Assembly: GCA_964057225.1 (NCBI GenBank)
Contig: OZ059900.1
Location: 12,648,001 to 12,712,000, forward strand
DNA: 64,000 bases
Reading direction: 5' to 3'
Source: Auanema rhodensis
Taxonomy: Eukaryota; Animalia; Nematoda
Within the stretch, counting starts at the first letter, position 1, and every line of letters starts with the position of its first letter. A model generated the notes under the pieces. That model was not told where the DNA came from. It saw nothing but the letters and a program-made list of their open reading frames with translations, and did no database searches. The position numbers and the translations under genes are program-made. Below, in pieces: positions 38,340 to 51,963 of this stretch.

Positions 38340-39060
38340 ATTATTCATGATTTATTTTTAGTTTTAATTTTAAAATATTTTTCATTATTATTTTTTTTCC
38401 GAATTTATTGAATTTATATTAATATTTGTTTTGACTTCAGCACCTGTACTTAATATAGTTAGCCACCATTACAAACTCATATGTTAATTGACATATTAGC
38501 TACTATGTTGTCGAAAAAGTTATACCCAGCAAGTTTCTCATTGATATACAATCATATATTAATTTAACTTGAATTTGTTTTCAATTTATTTCCCAAATAC
38601 TATAAATAGACAAAGTCCCTATGATATTACAAAATAGGCCGCGCGTAAGAAACCCTACTCAAGGCAATTGTGTATGTAATGATTGGAAGATAATAGGACT
38701 ATTGAACGAACTAGAAAGCTATTTAGATAGCTATAAATTTGTTTCGGCTGAAACCCATTAGTCACTCATAATTACTATAATAGCTATGTCCATGCTCACA
38801 GCTTCCGGCTATTTTCTTCAAATAGTACGCCCCACCTCTCAAAATCGTCTAATGTATACTTCAACATTTTCATTCAGATTTTGTTCTCAGTTTTCAACTC
38901 AGCCATTTGTTCGGATTTTCTCTTTATTTTTATTGCTTGACTCATATGATCTGATTGTTTATTCACAATTCGGTTATAAACGTATAATAATAATTATATT
39001 TTTGTTTTTCGATTGTGAAAGCTCATACTAGTGACCGAAGTGAGAACAGTTTTATGCAAT

Positions 39061-39973
39061 ATGTCACGTCATCGTATATCCGATGATATTTTAAACATCA
39101 ATGTTGGCGGAAAAAAATATACGGTTTATATAAATAAAGGTTTTTTTAATATGTAAAACAGGTTCGAAGAACTGATATGCTTGCCGACCCACGTTCAAAG
39201 CTTGCTGAATGGTTCAAACCGGGCACTATCAAACCGATTGCTACAGATAAGGTGAATCCCGATTAAATTAATTTTATTTATTTCAATTTATCTTCAGGGA
39301 GGAAATTATTTCTTAGACCGGGATCCTAAAACATTCCGCCATATTTTGTTTTATCTTCGTCTCAAAAAAGAGAAATTTGTTCCAGCCCTGGCTTTACCAA
39401 GTAAACCAGATGATTTGGCAAAGTAAAATTATAAGTTTGTCACAAAAGACACAAAGTATTGTTAGAATCGATCATAGTGAGATAAATGGGCAAGAGAAAA
39501 AAGATGTAATAGGTGGAGTGGAAAAGAATGAAATAAAGAACGAAGACTCTGAGAGCAAAACAGAGAAACTTGTGTGCGAAGTAGTGAGTCGAGTATAATT
39601 GGAAGAGGTAGCGTGGGTAGAAAAACGAGAAAGAAATAGAAGCAGACATGCAGAGAAACGGATTAGGAAAGCTTTATTCAGATTAGTTGGTGAATGTGAG
39701 GCACTCAATCTGGTGGAACTGAAAGAGTTAGCATTGGAACTAATTCAAAAATATCAGCGAACTGAAGAACAGCATTTTGTGACATCATATGTGCAAGTAA
39801 CTCTACGCGATTATGAGAGTTTTCAGTTTGAGCGTGAACAGGTGGATTACAAAAATGTACAATTAGCTTCTATTTTTACATATTTTCAGAATCAAATTGC
39901 ACTGAAAACGAAAGCAACTCGCGACGAAGTATATGATAATTCATCACCATACGACGAATGGGACAACCTATAA
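39061..39973 (+). CDS. KCTD-type BTB/POZ (T1) domain protein
   Basis: ILNINVGGKKYTVRRTDML...GNYFLDRDPKTFRHILFYLR...LVGECEALNL after splicing. Confidence 0.88.
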
Positions 39974-42057
39974 AAAGCTGACTTTTTTTTCAATTTCAAG
40001 TACTCATTGACTGGGCTATATAACATTAAGAATGCTGAATTAGATGTTTTGTCTTATTATGAAGTAAACAAATATAAAATATTTGAGGCGCTATATTGGA
40101 TGATGAATTATTTTTGAACAATTATTCAAACAAGGCTCACGATTAACTTATATATATATATATACATAAATATATGTATATATATGTTATTATAATATTT
40201 ATTGATTTTTCATATTTTTGACAATATATGAATATATTATTTTAGCAACAAAAAAAAACAACAAAATAGTTCAAAGTCAGACACAACCAATCGTAATTTA
40301 GAAAAAATAAATGATGATGATAAAATCTAAATAGGAAAAAGAGATGCATATTTATCACGAGTATAGCTACATCAAATTTGAAGCAATTTTCAGAATAAAT
40401 GGCGCTGATTACTAATAGCGTTTCACAAAGTTCTATTGTTAAAATGTAAATAATATTACATAATCATTGACTTGGGAAAACATGACGCAAAAAGTAAAAA
40501 TATTTTTTTATATCCGAAACTTCTTTCTTAGATATATATATGTATATTATTCTTTGTACAGATTCTTATGTGTATCAGTTTGTATTGCTACAAACGACTG
40601 AAATCCATTTTCCTTACCGCAATTTTTAGATGCAAGAATGTGCTCACAAAAACTTTCTTTATTCAAGTTTTATACTATTTTTGCAAATCTTAATGAAACA
40701 ATGAGGCAGGAATGTATGAACTACATTTTTCGCATCAGTAAACTGATCTATCACGTAATTCACTTGATGCTAATGCATTTACTTTTATATTTAATTTTTC
40801 ACTCGTAAAAATTTATTCATATTTTTATTGCTCTCCTTTGTTTTAAATCAAAATACTTGATTTGTCATTGTTCATTCAATTCATACGACAATTCAAGGTA
40901 CTTCTTTGCTTTTTGCTTCAGAGTAGTCTAGCTTAGCAATTTTACTGTATTTCTCTTTTTTGAACCGTAAACGTTTTTTATTCTTCATCTTTCATTCAAA
41001 TATTGCTAGTTTCAAATCTATCTCAAGTTTTTACCCATTCACATTTTGGAATTTTCTGAAAATGAGCAAAATTTAAAAAATTATATTAAATAATTAGACT
41101 GCTTATTGACATTATTTCTTCAACTTTTTTATAATTTTGAAATACATTTATATGTCTATCATTTAGTTTGAATCTTTTTAATTATTTGTCGTTGTATTGA
41201 TAATAAGAATAGAGAGAGTTCAGAATAATAATGTTGGAAAAATGATTTATTATTCATTGATTAAACCACAAAGATATTCGAGCACTAGATATTCTAATCT
41301 AAAGAAAAGCATCTAATATAAAAAAAGGCAACAAACATATCTATTTTTACGCATAACATGCATATATATATTGACATGCATAACATGCTCATAAATTGAA
41401 TAATTTCGAAGCAAATTGTTAATTGATTACCAGAACAATAATTTGTACATTACTGATGTTAGAAATAATCTACTTTGTTTCCACTGAAAAATGAAGTAAT
41501 TGAATGATTTTTCTTGTATTATCTGCTTTTTTTCTTTTATATTTCATGTATAGTCAAATGTTTTGTTAATCGCATAAAAACATGAAGATATCTGAGTTTG
41601 TAAAAAACACTCATACCTACATCTGAAATAGACACGCTTTCCTACGACAATTACTCGAGTCTACCTTTTTTTTGCAAAATTGGGTAACGATTGGACAGAG
41701 AATAAGTTTTTTGTGAGGAAGGAGTAATTGAAACCATAACAAAGTTTAAACGCTTTTCCGAACTCATTCTCGAATACATAGTTTAGTTGTCTTGTTTCAA
41801 GATGGATGAACAAGGAAATTTAAGTAAAAATCAGCTTTCTCACTCAATTTGTATTCTTTTGTACACTTCAAGTTTATGAAAGCACTTTTGAGAAGTTTTT
41901 CATTTATTTGTTCATTATATCAAACTGATACTGTTCTGTTATATGTTTAGTTGCATTTATGCCCTAATTTGAGTTGAAAGATATATTCTGGTTCATAATA
42001 AGCGTTTCTTTTGACAAAATATGTTTTTGACCTTAATTTTATCAATATTTCTTCAAG

Positions 42058-44024
42058 CTTCATAGAGACAAACTGGCAACTCAGGATATATTAGCCGATG
42101 AAGCTATATGGGCAAAGGCCGAAATTTCAAAATGTAATTTTTAGCAATATTTTCGTTCATTTTAACAATATACTCATTGAAAAAAAAAATATCATAATTT
42201 AGCACAAAATGTTGTTTGGAAAAGTCCATGGTTGGCAATTCTTTTAATATGTGTTTGCTTAGTCACTATATCCGGCAACATACTCGTCATAGTAGCAGTA
42301 TTCACAAAAAGATATTTACGAAATCCTAAAGGGTAAATAAATACAATAACAAGGCGTATTGAAACTATTAAAACAAAGCTCGTGTTACTATTCATTCCAG
42401 TTACTTGATTGTGTCTTTGGCTTTTGCGGATATGATAGTAGGTCTCGTTGTCATGCCAATGAATTCGCTATTCGAAATGACTAATCATGTCTGGATTTTA
42501 GGTCTCTTGTTAGCACCGTTAAAAATATATATAATTTTTTGATAGGTCTGCCAATGTGTGATCTCTTTCATGCACTGGATATTTTGGCTTCAACTAGTTC
42601 AATATGGAATTTATGCATTATCAGTTTAGATCGGTATAAATGCTTGTGTTTTTTGTTTCTGTTACTTTTTGCTTATTTCTTTTTGACTGAACATTTCATA
42701 GATACATTGCGGGTACAAAGCCCATTGGATATCGAGAAATTGTAACAACAAGACGTATATGTGGAGCGATATTCGGACTATGGCTTGTGTCAGGCTGTCT
42801 TGCATTTCCGGCCATTTATTTTTGGAGAACACACTCTCCTCATTTATACACAGATGAAGTAATATTAGTTTGTTCCGAAGAAAACCAAACAATCTATTAT
42901 GTTTAATTTTAGACAAAGTGCTATTTCACAGATAGCCAAGTCTATATAGGCTTTTCAGCAATCGTATCCTTCTATGTACCACTTATACTTATTTTATTTG
43001 CATATGGACGTGTATTCATAATTGCCACACGGCATTCCAGTAGTATGCATGCCGGTATGAAAACGGTAAAAACACATTTGCTTTTCAGATTTGAACAATT
43101 CTATTGAAAAGTTTTTTAAATCTTCTGATTGTTTAAGTGGTTTATTTTAGATTGCAAAGAATTCAAACCGTGACAAGCGAGACAACCGGAAATCACTTGG
43201 AGAAGCAGTAACTTTACGCATACATGTAGGAAATGGTCGTAATCATGCAATCAGTAATCTACCTAAAAATGAAACAGAGCTAAGTATTTTAAAAGTGAGT
43301 TAACTAGCTGATTTCTTTATTTTTGCTAAGTGTTAATATAAAGTTAAATTCTACTTTTTTATTACACACACGGATATATGTACATATTTATATATATTTT
43401 TGACAGCAAATAAAAGTAAATGGATATATAATCCGTCAATTTAACATAAGAATCAATGTTCCTAATTATATTACAACTTTTTTTTCAGCAAACCCGCGGA
43501 GGTCGAGGCGAAAATGTTTCAGCTTTTAGGCATACTATACTTAGAAGACTGCACTTGCAAACAAAATCAAGGCAAATGATAAAATATATGTACGAAAAAC
43601 GTGCAGCTCGTACATTATCCATTGTCATTGGTGCATTCATTATATGCTGGACACCATTTTTTATTTTCACTCCGCTAACATCTTTTTGCGAGGCTGTACT
43701 TTATTTTGAATTTTCAAAGTATGCTATATTTTTCAGTGCGCAAGAAATCAGGATTATTGGTTCACAATCTTCACTTGGGCAGGACATCTAAACTCTATGC
43801 TTAACCCATTAATTTACAGTAGATTCTCTCGTGATTTCCGCAAAGCTTTTAAACAGATACTCACATGTCAAAGTGAGCCGAAATTGAAATCTGGCATACA
43901 AACTCCTCTCGCTCTTGTTTTTAATCAACTTATTTCTGTAACCCAAATGGGTGAACAAGTTCAGTTACAGTCCAGCGGTCCTACAACTGATGATCATCCA
44001 ACTGACAGTATTGTAGTTGAGTGA
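42058..44024 (+). CDS. dop-4: Invertebrate-type dopamine receptor, DOP-4 orthologue. The first exon is not resolved; a possible ATG lies at 41802.
   Basis: KRYLRNPKGYLIVSLAFADMIVGLVVMPMNSLFE, CDLFHALDILASTSSIWNLCIISLDRY, EKRAARTLSIVIGAFIICWTPFF, NSMLNPLIYSRFSRDFR. These match my recollection of C. elegans DOP-4. Confidence 0.85.
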
Positions 44025-46992
44025 TGCATCGTTATCGAATTATTATTGTTTTCTTTTGTTTATGATGCATAACAACTTCTCAAATTACGTTTATATTCTT
44101 TTTTAATCTTAGAATTGTTTATGCAGCCAAAAATAGGTAATATAAAAGACATTATTATTATTATTATTAGTCAATTTTAAATTCATATTATCTACTATTT
44201 TTTTAAACAAAGGCTGTAATGTTTAGATTTATAAAATTATATATTCACTATGACTTTTATAATTATTTGTGTAATTCCATATAAAAAGTTTATGATGCTT
44301 ATTGAGCAGTTATAAATGAAAAAAATCGTTTAAGATATAGAACTGGACAAGGAATATTTTGTAGTCATATATGTATATCCTAACCATACAATTTCAATTT
44401 TATAGAAAAAAGATCCGTGGACAACTGGAAAAAAATTCTTTTTTTCTACAATCCATTGTTGAAGTCAGCTAAAAACCAAATAAAAAACAATTGTAGTATA
44501 TGAATATATTAAATATAATAAAAAAACTTAATCGAATCTGACAAAAAAACCTCAAAAACTCAACCAAGCAGTTCAAAATTTTGAGAAAATATTATTAGTT
44601 TTTATTAATTTGCTGAAAATTGCTCGCCTTATTTTAGTATTTGTAGTAATCAATAAAAATGAGGAAAATTTAGACAAACTGATCATTTATTTTAACTTTA
44701 CAAGTATTTAGCAAAAAAAGCGTCGAGTATTATTTAATTTTGTGTATGTAAGTGTATTTCAACTAAAATTGCTATATTTTCCTCACATATATATTAAATA
44801 AATTTGAATTTATTTTAGGTATATGCACTTTAAAACTAAAAATATAAAGAATTTTTACATCACACAGATATATTTTCTTATGATTCTAATACATCAAAAA
44901 TTATGATTTCCTCGGACATAAGCGTGGTGATCAATAAAGCGCGCACTACTATTGGTCCTACCGCGAAGAGAAAACTTGAGTCACTGAAAAAAAGCCTACC
45001 TAATATACATATAGCTGTTTTTTTTTTCAGTTTCTGTTTTAGATTATTGAATTATTTGATGTTAGGTTATAATCTGTATTATAGCTATTTGACGTATAAG
45101 TTAGAACAATAAGAATTTTTTCCCTTTAAAGTTATATGCATAGCTAAACCATTCAACTCAATCTTTTAAATTATTTTTTTTTTAGGATTTCAATTGGAAA
45201 ACTCTTATTCCATTAGTTTTCGATTAACAACACAATTTTTTTTACTAAGCCAAAATAAGGATATGGTAAGTTATCATTTTTTCTGTCAGTTTTCGAATTT
45301 CTTATTTCTATATGAAATTGTTCGTAATTATTAATCAATTTAAAACATAATTATCTACTAATATAAAATTGTGTAAGAAGATATTTAATGCATAGTCTTC
45401 GTCAAATCGATAAATATACTGAACCATAAATTCGAAATATTTTTTTTACTGCTGTTATTTCTGTTGTTTTACTGTAATAGAAAAGTTTCACAAAAATTCA
45501 ATTTTTAATTAGATAGGATTCAAACTAGTTATGTATTCATACTTTAAGTTAGTTATGAACTTATGTCGTCCACAACGCAAGATACAGATTTTTATATACG
45601 AGTGAGCAGTGAAATTTTTTTCTCAGTTTTTTTGTTTCAAGATCACAATTTAAATGAATTATCATAATATCATATCAAAAAAAAATCCACTCCATTGGTT
45701 TTGACAGTTTTTCAAAAACCGAAACATCTTCCCTCTCTTTTACATTCAAACTCTTTATCTCATTTAACTACATACCTGGTTATCTGTGGGAGCTAAGATG
45801 TATGAATAAGTTGGATTCTTTAAAAACTATCTCAATAGACAGAAAAAATAAAAAGCCTTTTTAGAGATTAAGGTTGTGCTATTTCAGACGTCAATGAAAT
45901 TTTTATTTTAAGAACCACGCTGCAGCTTTTGATTTTTGTAGAGGAATCCTGTTTTATCTCCTATAGCTGAAATAGAAAAAAAAATTTCATATGTATGATA
46001 TTTCGGTCAAAATATTAACCTTCTTTGCTGAATTTGTTAGATTAACCAGGGACACTTTGTGAGACACACAACTTGGTTTTTTAAAACACTTCTGAATTTT
46101 TTCACCTTCACCTTTTTGAAAAAATGCTTAACGTGTAGGCTCTCACGTTTTGTTTTATTTAAGTTTAAAACCATTTATTTTAGGTTTTGTGTTTTAATTT
46201 TCATAACATCATACAAAAACTATTCTAGATATTACATTCTAAACTTTCGTATAATTATTTCGAGAAACATTGACCGTTAAACATATCTTTTGTTTTGAAC
46301 ATATCTTTGATCTCTTTCATTTTTTCATTTGAAACGTTATTTTACATTTTTGAACTCATCTGCAATAAAATTAGAAATTTTATTGAAAGAAAGGTTAACG
46401 TTATAATGATTAGATATATGCTAAATCATTTTGAAAAAAGTTTTATATAATTTTTTTTATTCTATATTACATGTATTATTAAATTCGAATAATTGAATTT
46501 CTTTTCGTTTACTACTTAAAAATGCGTTTTCTTTAATGAACTTCAAATCTTATAGCCATTTTTCATGCAAAAGACCACCTTTATATTATTTCAATAGGAT
46601 TGAAATCTGAAATATATTAGAACATAGATGCATTTAGATTACGATTGAAATATTAAGAAAAAATGTATAAATATATGTATACAGAAACTTCCTAAAAAAA
46701 TTATGTACGCATTTTAAAGAATCTTCCTATTATAATTTGCCGCCCAAAACTATAAAAAAAAGGTGACAAAGTAAACTCGTTCATTTATAAAATATTTTTG
46801 AGTTTATGTACTTTTTTCACGTTTCAATTTCTGTTTTTTTCTAAAATTTTCTTAACTTTAAGTGCTGAATTTCATGCATACATAATTTTCTTAACATTAC
46901 AAGGCATGTAAGAGAACTGAAAGATTTTTAATCAGTATTGAAATAATTTTATATTTTTAGGGAACTTTTCAAAATTTACTCAATATCAAAGC

Positions 46993-47959
46993 ATGAATGT
47001 AAGTGAAGTGGATGCTCATAAGCGCCAGTTTGAAGAATGTTCCCCTGATATGAATAGGATTTGCCCGGATGACGGAACAACGTGGATCCGTTTGAATGTT
47101 GGAGGAAAAGTTTATTTCTAGTCTAAATAACTTTTTATAACGAAAAAAAATAGATTTTTACTACAACTCGCCAAACGCTAACACGTGAGTGTCCATCGTT
47201 TCTTCAAAAACTATGTCAAGATGGATGTATGACAAGCCATAAAGTAACACAACACATTAATCGTTTCTTTGAATTTTTTGTTTGTTCACAGGATGAAACT
47301 GGTGCATATCTCATTGATCGTGATCCTGACTATTTCGGTCCTATACTCAACTATCTTCGACATGGGAAGTTGGTGATAAATCCGGGTATAAGTGAAGAAG
47401 GTTTGTTTAAAGTTTCACTGTTTGTCCTAATTGTTGTTTAAGGAGTACTAGAAGAAGCTGAATTTTATAACCTCCCTACATTATCTTCTATGATTGCAGA
47501 GCGTATTCAAGAACGCAAAAGAATATGTGAAACAACATGTGAAAAGGTTATTTTATTCTTTTGTGCAGCAGCTGGTTATTTGAAGTATATTTACTTTTTT
47601 AACATTTTAGGCTGTTAGATCGGTATATCGAGTTCTTCAATGTCATCAGGATGAGTTAACTAACGTAGTTTCTGCAATGGGTGATGGTTGGAAAATTGTT
47701 CAGGTATGTTTTAATATCATAAATCATGTTTACGAAGTTAACTATACATTTTTGCTTAAGGTTATGCCTAATGGAGGCTTTAATTTTTCTAACGAAGGAC
47801 AGCAAGAATATTTATGTATTGTTGTGCGAGATTTTCCAGAAACTTCAGGTTCCGTTGATATCAATAACAGTGACAGAGCTCAGCACATTCAACAGAGATC
47901 AAGAAGTATGTCACAATTGTCCACTCGCTATAACTATATACATCTTTTCAGATAATTGA
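46993..47959 (+). CDS. inso-1: KCTD2/5/17 (insomniac-like) BTB protein, Cul3 adaptor
   Basis: [57 protein letters not shown] and [24 protein letters not shown] are diagnostic of the KCTD5 group. Confidence 0.85.
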
Positions 47960-49342
47960 ATGTAGTGTGTTGCAGATTCAATGAAAATGTTTCGTCACTA
48001 CTCTTATTGATGCTTAACTCAAATTGAATAATACTCTTTCTTTTATGTTTAATGGTTGGTTTGCTTTACATTTAGTTTATTGTTTTTTTTGTAATTGCTT
48101 CTTCTCCAATAATAGTATTAAAAACTGTTACATCATTTATAACTTTGAAAAAAATTTGTATCCGAAGTTATGCAAATTTATTAATGGATCTCTTTTTATT
48201 GCCCTTACAATTTGTTGTATCTTACTTGCCCCGTGAATAAGTTAATGTCATGAAATGTTATGTGTTTCGAAATACATAATAAATGTAATTCTCTCTTATA
48301 GATGATTTAGCTCACAAAAAAAGTTATTTAATGCGAAAAGAATACCAAATCAACCAACTTTTGCGTCTTTCATTAGAAAAAAAAAAGATTTTTTACCGAC
48401 TGAACAAACTTTTTACTTTCATTAGAAAGTTTCTCTGGAATACGCCAATCTAAACGCCGAAATCAAAAGTATAGAAGAAATTAATTAGTTTGATGTTTTG
48501 TCAACAGGTATTATAATTCAGAACTAATCAGGTAATGTTTATTCACAATTTGTACGTCGCTGTATCTGTCATTCAAAGTAAATCACCGTTTGAGAAACTT
48601 CAAAAACTACAAAGTTTATATTGAATTTATTTACACTCATTTGATATACATTTTTCTTGCATAAATTTTAAATAAATCAATTCAAGGACTATCAGTTTAC
48701 TGAAACAATCTAGTGAATCGCCCTTGACCGCGACCTAATAAAATATAGTCGGCATATCGCCTAAGCGATCAAAAAAATTTAGTCATCAAATACAAATGGC
48801 TAAAAATATAAACTTCTGCTATAAAATTTTCATTATGAACATGATAGGATATCGAAAATTGTAGATATTTAAGCAACATGAGTTGATTAAAAATGTTATA
48901 AAAAAGTATAAAAATGTAATGAATGCGAGATTTTTCATCTCACATTTATTATGACCTAATATTTTCAGCATGACCCAAATTCGTTAAGAAGAGCGAGAAC
49001 TTCTTTGTGTAAACCTTATCTCATTCGTTTTCTCATTCGTTTTCTCATTCACCTATATACGTCCAGATATATCAGGAGCGTAAAATATATATAATATATT
49101 GCTTTATATTCTATTTTCTTCTTTAGTTCTTTTGTTGAATGTGTTCTGATTTACCTATTTTCTTATAAGGCTCATTCAATTATTTAGTTTCTTTTATAAA
49201 GAAATAGGTAAACAGTTTCTGTGAGCTTTAAGAAGTTTTTTCAATTTTTAATTTCAATCTCGTAAATACAAAATGTTTCAGCTGTCTGAATAAATAATTT
49301 GCCGTCTCAATATATAAGACTATATATACATTCTACGTAAAC

Positions 49343-51776
49343 ATGTGGCGTTTTCTTTTGTTTTGTTCAGTTTTAATAGCCAAAGCAGAAATGCAGGTTT
49401 CAGATAAAGGTGAACTTCTTAAATTATCAAATATTGCATTTTTTATTGTTTATTTGTCAATTAGAAAAAAAAAATTTTCCAAAAAACTATAGAAAAATAG
49501 AAAAAATACACTTTTTAAATGCTTCTCTGTGTACTTATATTGTAACAAAATTACTGCTCTTCTTCAATTTCAAAGACTTACAAATATAATATAATTTGAA
49601 AAAAAACCTATTAAGTGTCATAAAAACTTGATGTTTACATTTCTTATATACAAATTGGATAAAGTTTCATTTCTGAAATATAATAGGTTAATAACTTTTT
49701 TTTCTCAGAGCAATGCCTCGGAGAAACTGGTTTCATGGTTATTGAGAACACATCTTTGGAGTCAGCCAATTCAGAGACATATGAGAATCTCTCCGAAGAA
49801 GAGTGTACTAAGATTTGTTCTAACAATAATGTAAGTGATTTTGTTGGAATACTAGACTAGAAATGTTTTTAATATATTTAGGATAATTATAAACGTGATA
49901 TTGCTTGTTCTTCGGTCAATTACAATCACGCAACATTCACTTGCACTATCCATTCTACAAGATTAGATTCAGCTGGTTTAGTCAAGCGTACTTCTTCGTT
50001 TGGTAACAAATACTTCGAAAAAATTTGTTATCAAGGTATTTTTTGTTATTTTACAGTTTTTAAATAAGAGTTACATGATTTGATTTCTAAAGAAAAAAGG
50101 GCTTTAGTGAAAAAAAAAGAAAAAAAAATTTTAGGAAACCCTTCAATCAACTGTAACTCTGGCTTATTTATTCGTGTTGATAACTATGTGCTATCTGGAT
50201 TTGCTGTTGAGGTTTGAAACATGAACAAATGTTTTGTCTATACCTATTTTTTTAGGTTACTCTTCATGACACTATTGAGGACTGCATTTCTCACTGCGTT
50301 GCTAACACCACATGTAAAGTAAAAAAAAGTTTAACTGCTCTATTTTTATATTTTATACTATTTAGTCAGCGATGTACTTTTACGATGAAAAAGAGTGTAT
50401 CATCAACACAGAAACTGCTCTATCCCACCCAGATAATTTTAAAAAAGAAGAAACCGATCGAGTTATTTACTTTGAAAATCCCTGTGTTGAACAATCATCA
50501 GTAAATATTGGTAATCATCAATTTATTGAATTTAGTTGACACCTAAGTTTTTAAGAAAGTACAAACACCCAAAAGGATACAGAATATAAGTCGTCAGGCA
50601 GCACTTTCGAAAGTATCGAAGGTGATTAATTTTAAATCAGTTTCTCAAGTAAAATATTTTTAAAGAAGGATCTGGTGAAGAGCTTGAACAACGCAGCGAA
50701 GAAGAAGAAGAAGAAGAAGAAGAAGAAGAAATGAATGAAAACGAAATTGGTGAACAGTTACGCCAAGCTGGTAAGACAATAATGCATGATAGTCGATAAA
50801 ATTTGAAGTTTCAGTTGAAGATCAATCCGCCGAAAGTGCAGTTGTATCTGAAAAGGAGTCTACAAGCGTTTTCACCCCAAGCAGTCATTACAAACAAGAA
50901 GTGAAAGAAACTACAAATGATGATGAGGACAAGGAACAGAAAGATAGTGAAGAAGCTACTGCTAAAGACCATGTTATTCGAAAAGCAGGAAAAACTGATC
51001 ACTTGAATAGCGCAATCAGACTAAAATACAACACACATCCTAGAAACTATGCAACCCATACATTTGATTTAAATGAAGAGGCTAGTGAAATATTCTATAG
51101 TAAACAATATCAAATATATTTCAGGAACTTCAAGTTGTGGAAGAGAAACATCGAAGCAAAGAATCGTTAAAGCAAAAAAAGAAGAAATCTTCAAAAATTG
51201 AAACGATTGAAACGATTGAGTCAGAAAATAATGTATGAGATATGAAGAAAAATGATGCTTATTACATTATTTAGATAAATTACTTCACTGAATGGTCTGA
51301 TTGGACCACATGCACGATGATGGGAGAACGACAAATAAGAAAGAGACAGTGCACAAACTTGAAAAAATGTTTCGGACCTTTAATGGAATTCCGAAACTGT
51401 TCGGAATCAAACATTCCATCAAAAAGTGATTTATAAACCATACGAAAGTGGTACTGACCTAATTGTTATTTCAGCTGAGAAACCAATACAATCAGTGAAA
51501 AGTCTTGTTGGTATTGGACCAAAGCTATCGATTGATCAAAATCAATCTGCTGAAAATAGCCTGCCAACGACAGCTGGGTATTGGGGCCCATGGAGTATGC
51601 TTTGTCAGGTAAGTGCTCTAATAACTTCATGTAGTAATCTTAATAATTAGGAATTCGCATCTTCACAACCTTGTAATAATGGCAAGATGATTGGATTCGA
51701 ATCGCGCGAATGCATAGCTGAAGACCCAGCTCAATGTCTTGGACCCTTCTTCCGTTACTGCTCAATTCCATGTTAA
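49343..51776 (+). CDS. Secreted protein with two PAN/apple domains, an acidic spacer (poly-E) and C-terminal TSP1-like Cys/Trp modules
   Basis: Signal peptide MWRFLLFCSVLIA. PAN patterns EECTKICSNN...CSSVNY...YFEKIC and EDCISHC...CKSAMYF...CIINTE...YFENPC. Then WSDWTTC...RQIRKRQC and YWGPWS. GAA repeat at ~50698-50730. Confidence 0.8.
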
Positions 51777-51963
51777 TATGTATGAAAAGATTTTTTCTTT
51801 AATGACTTTATTAACGTTGTAAAACAAAAATTTTCACGAAAATATCGAAACTTAATAATTGTTCTTATAATAAACTTTAATTCATGAGAAGTATTCAAAA
51901 TAAACTTAATTATAAGAACAAAAAACATAAACAACCATTTGTTATTACTGACCTTCGGATCAT

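Noticed and set aside
49020-49050. Short TCTCATTCGTTT tandem duplication
   Set aside because: Only ~2.5 copies, consistent with ordinary slippage.
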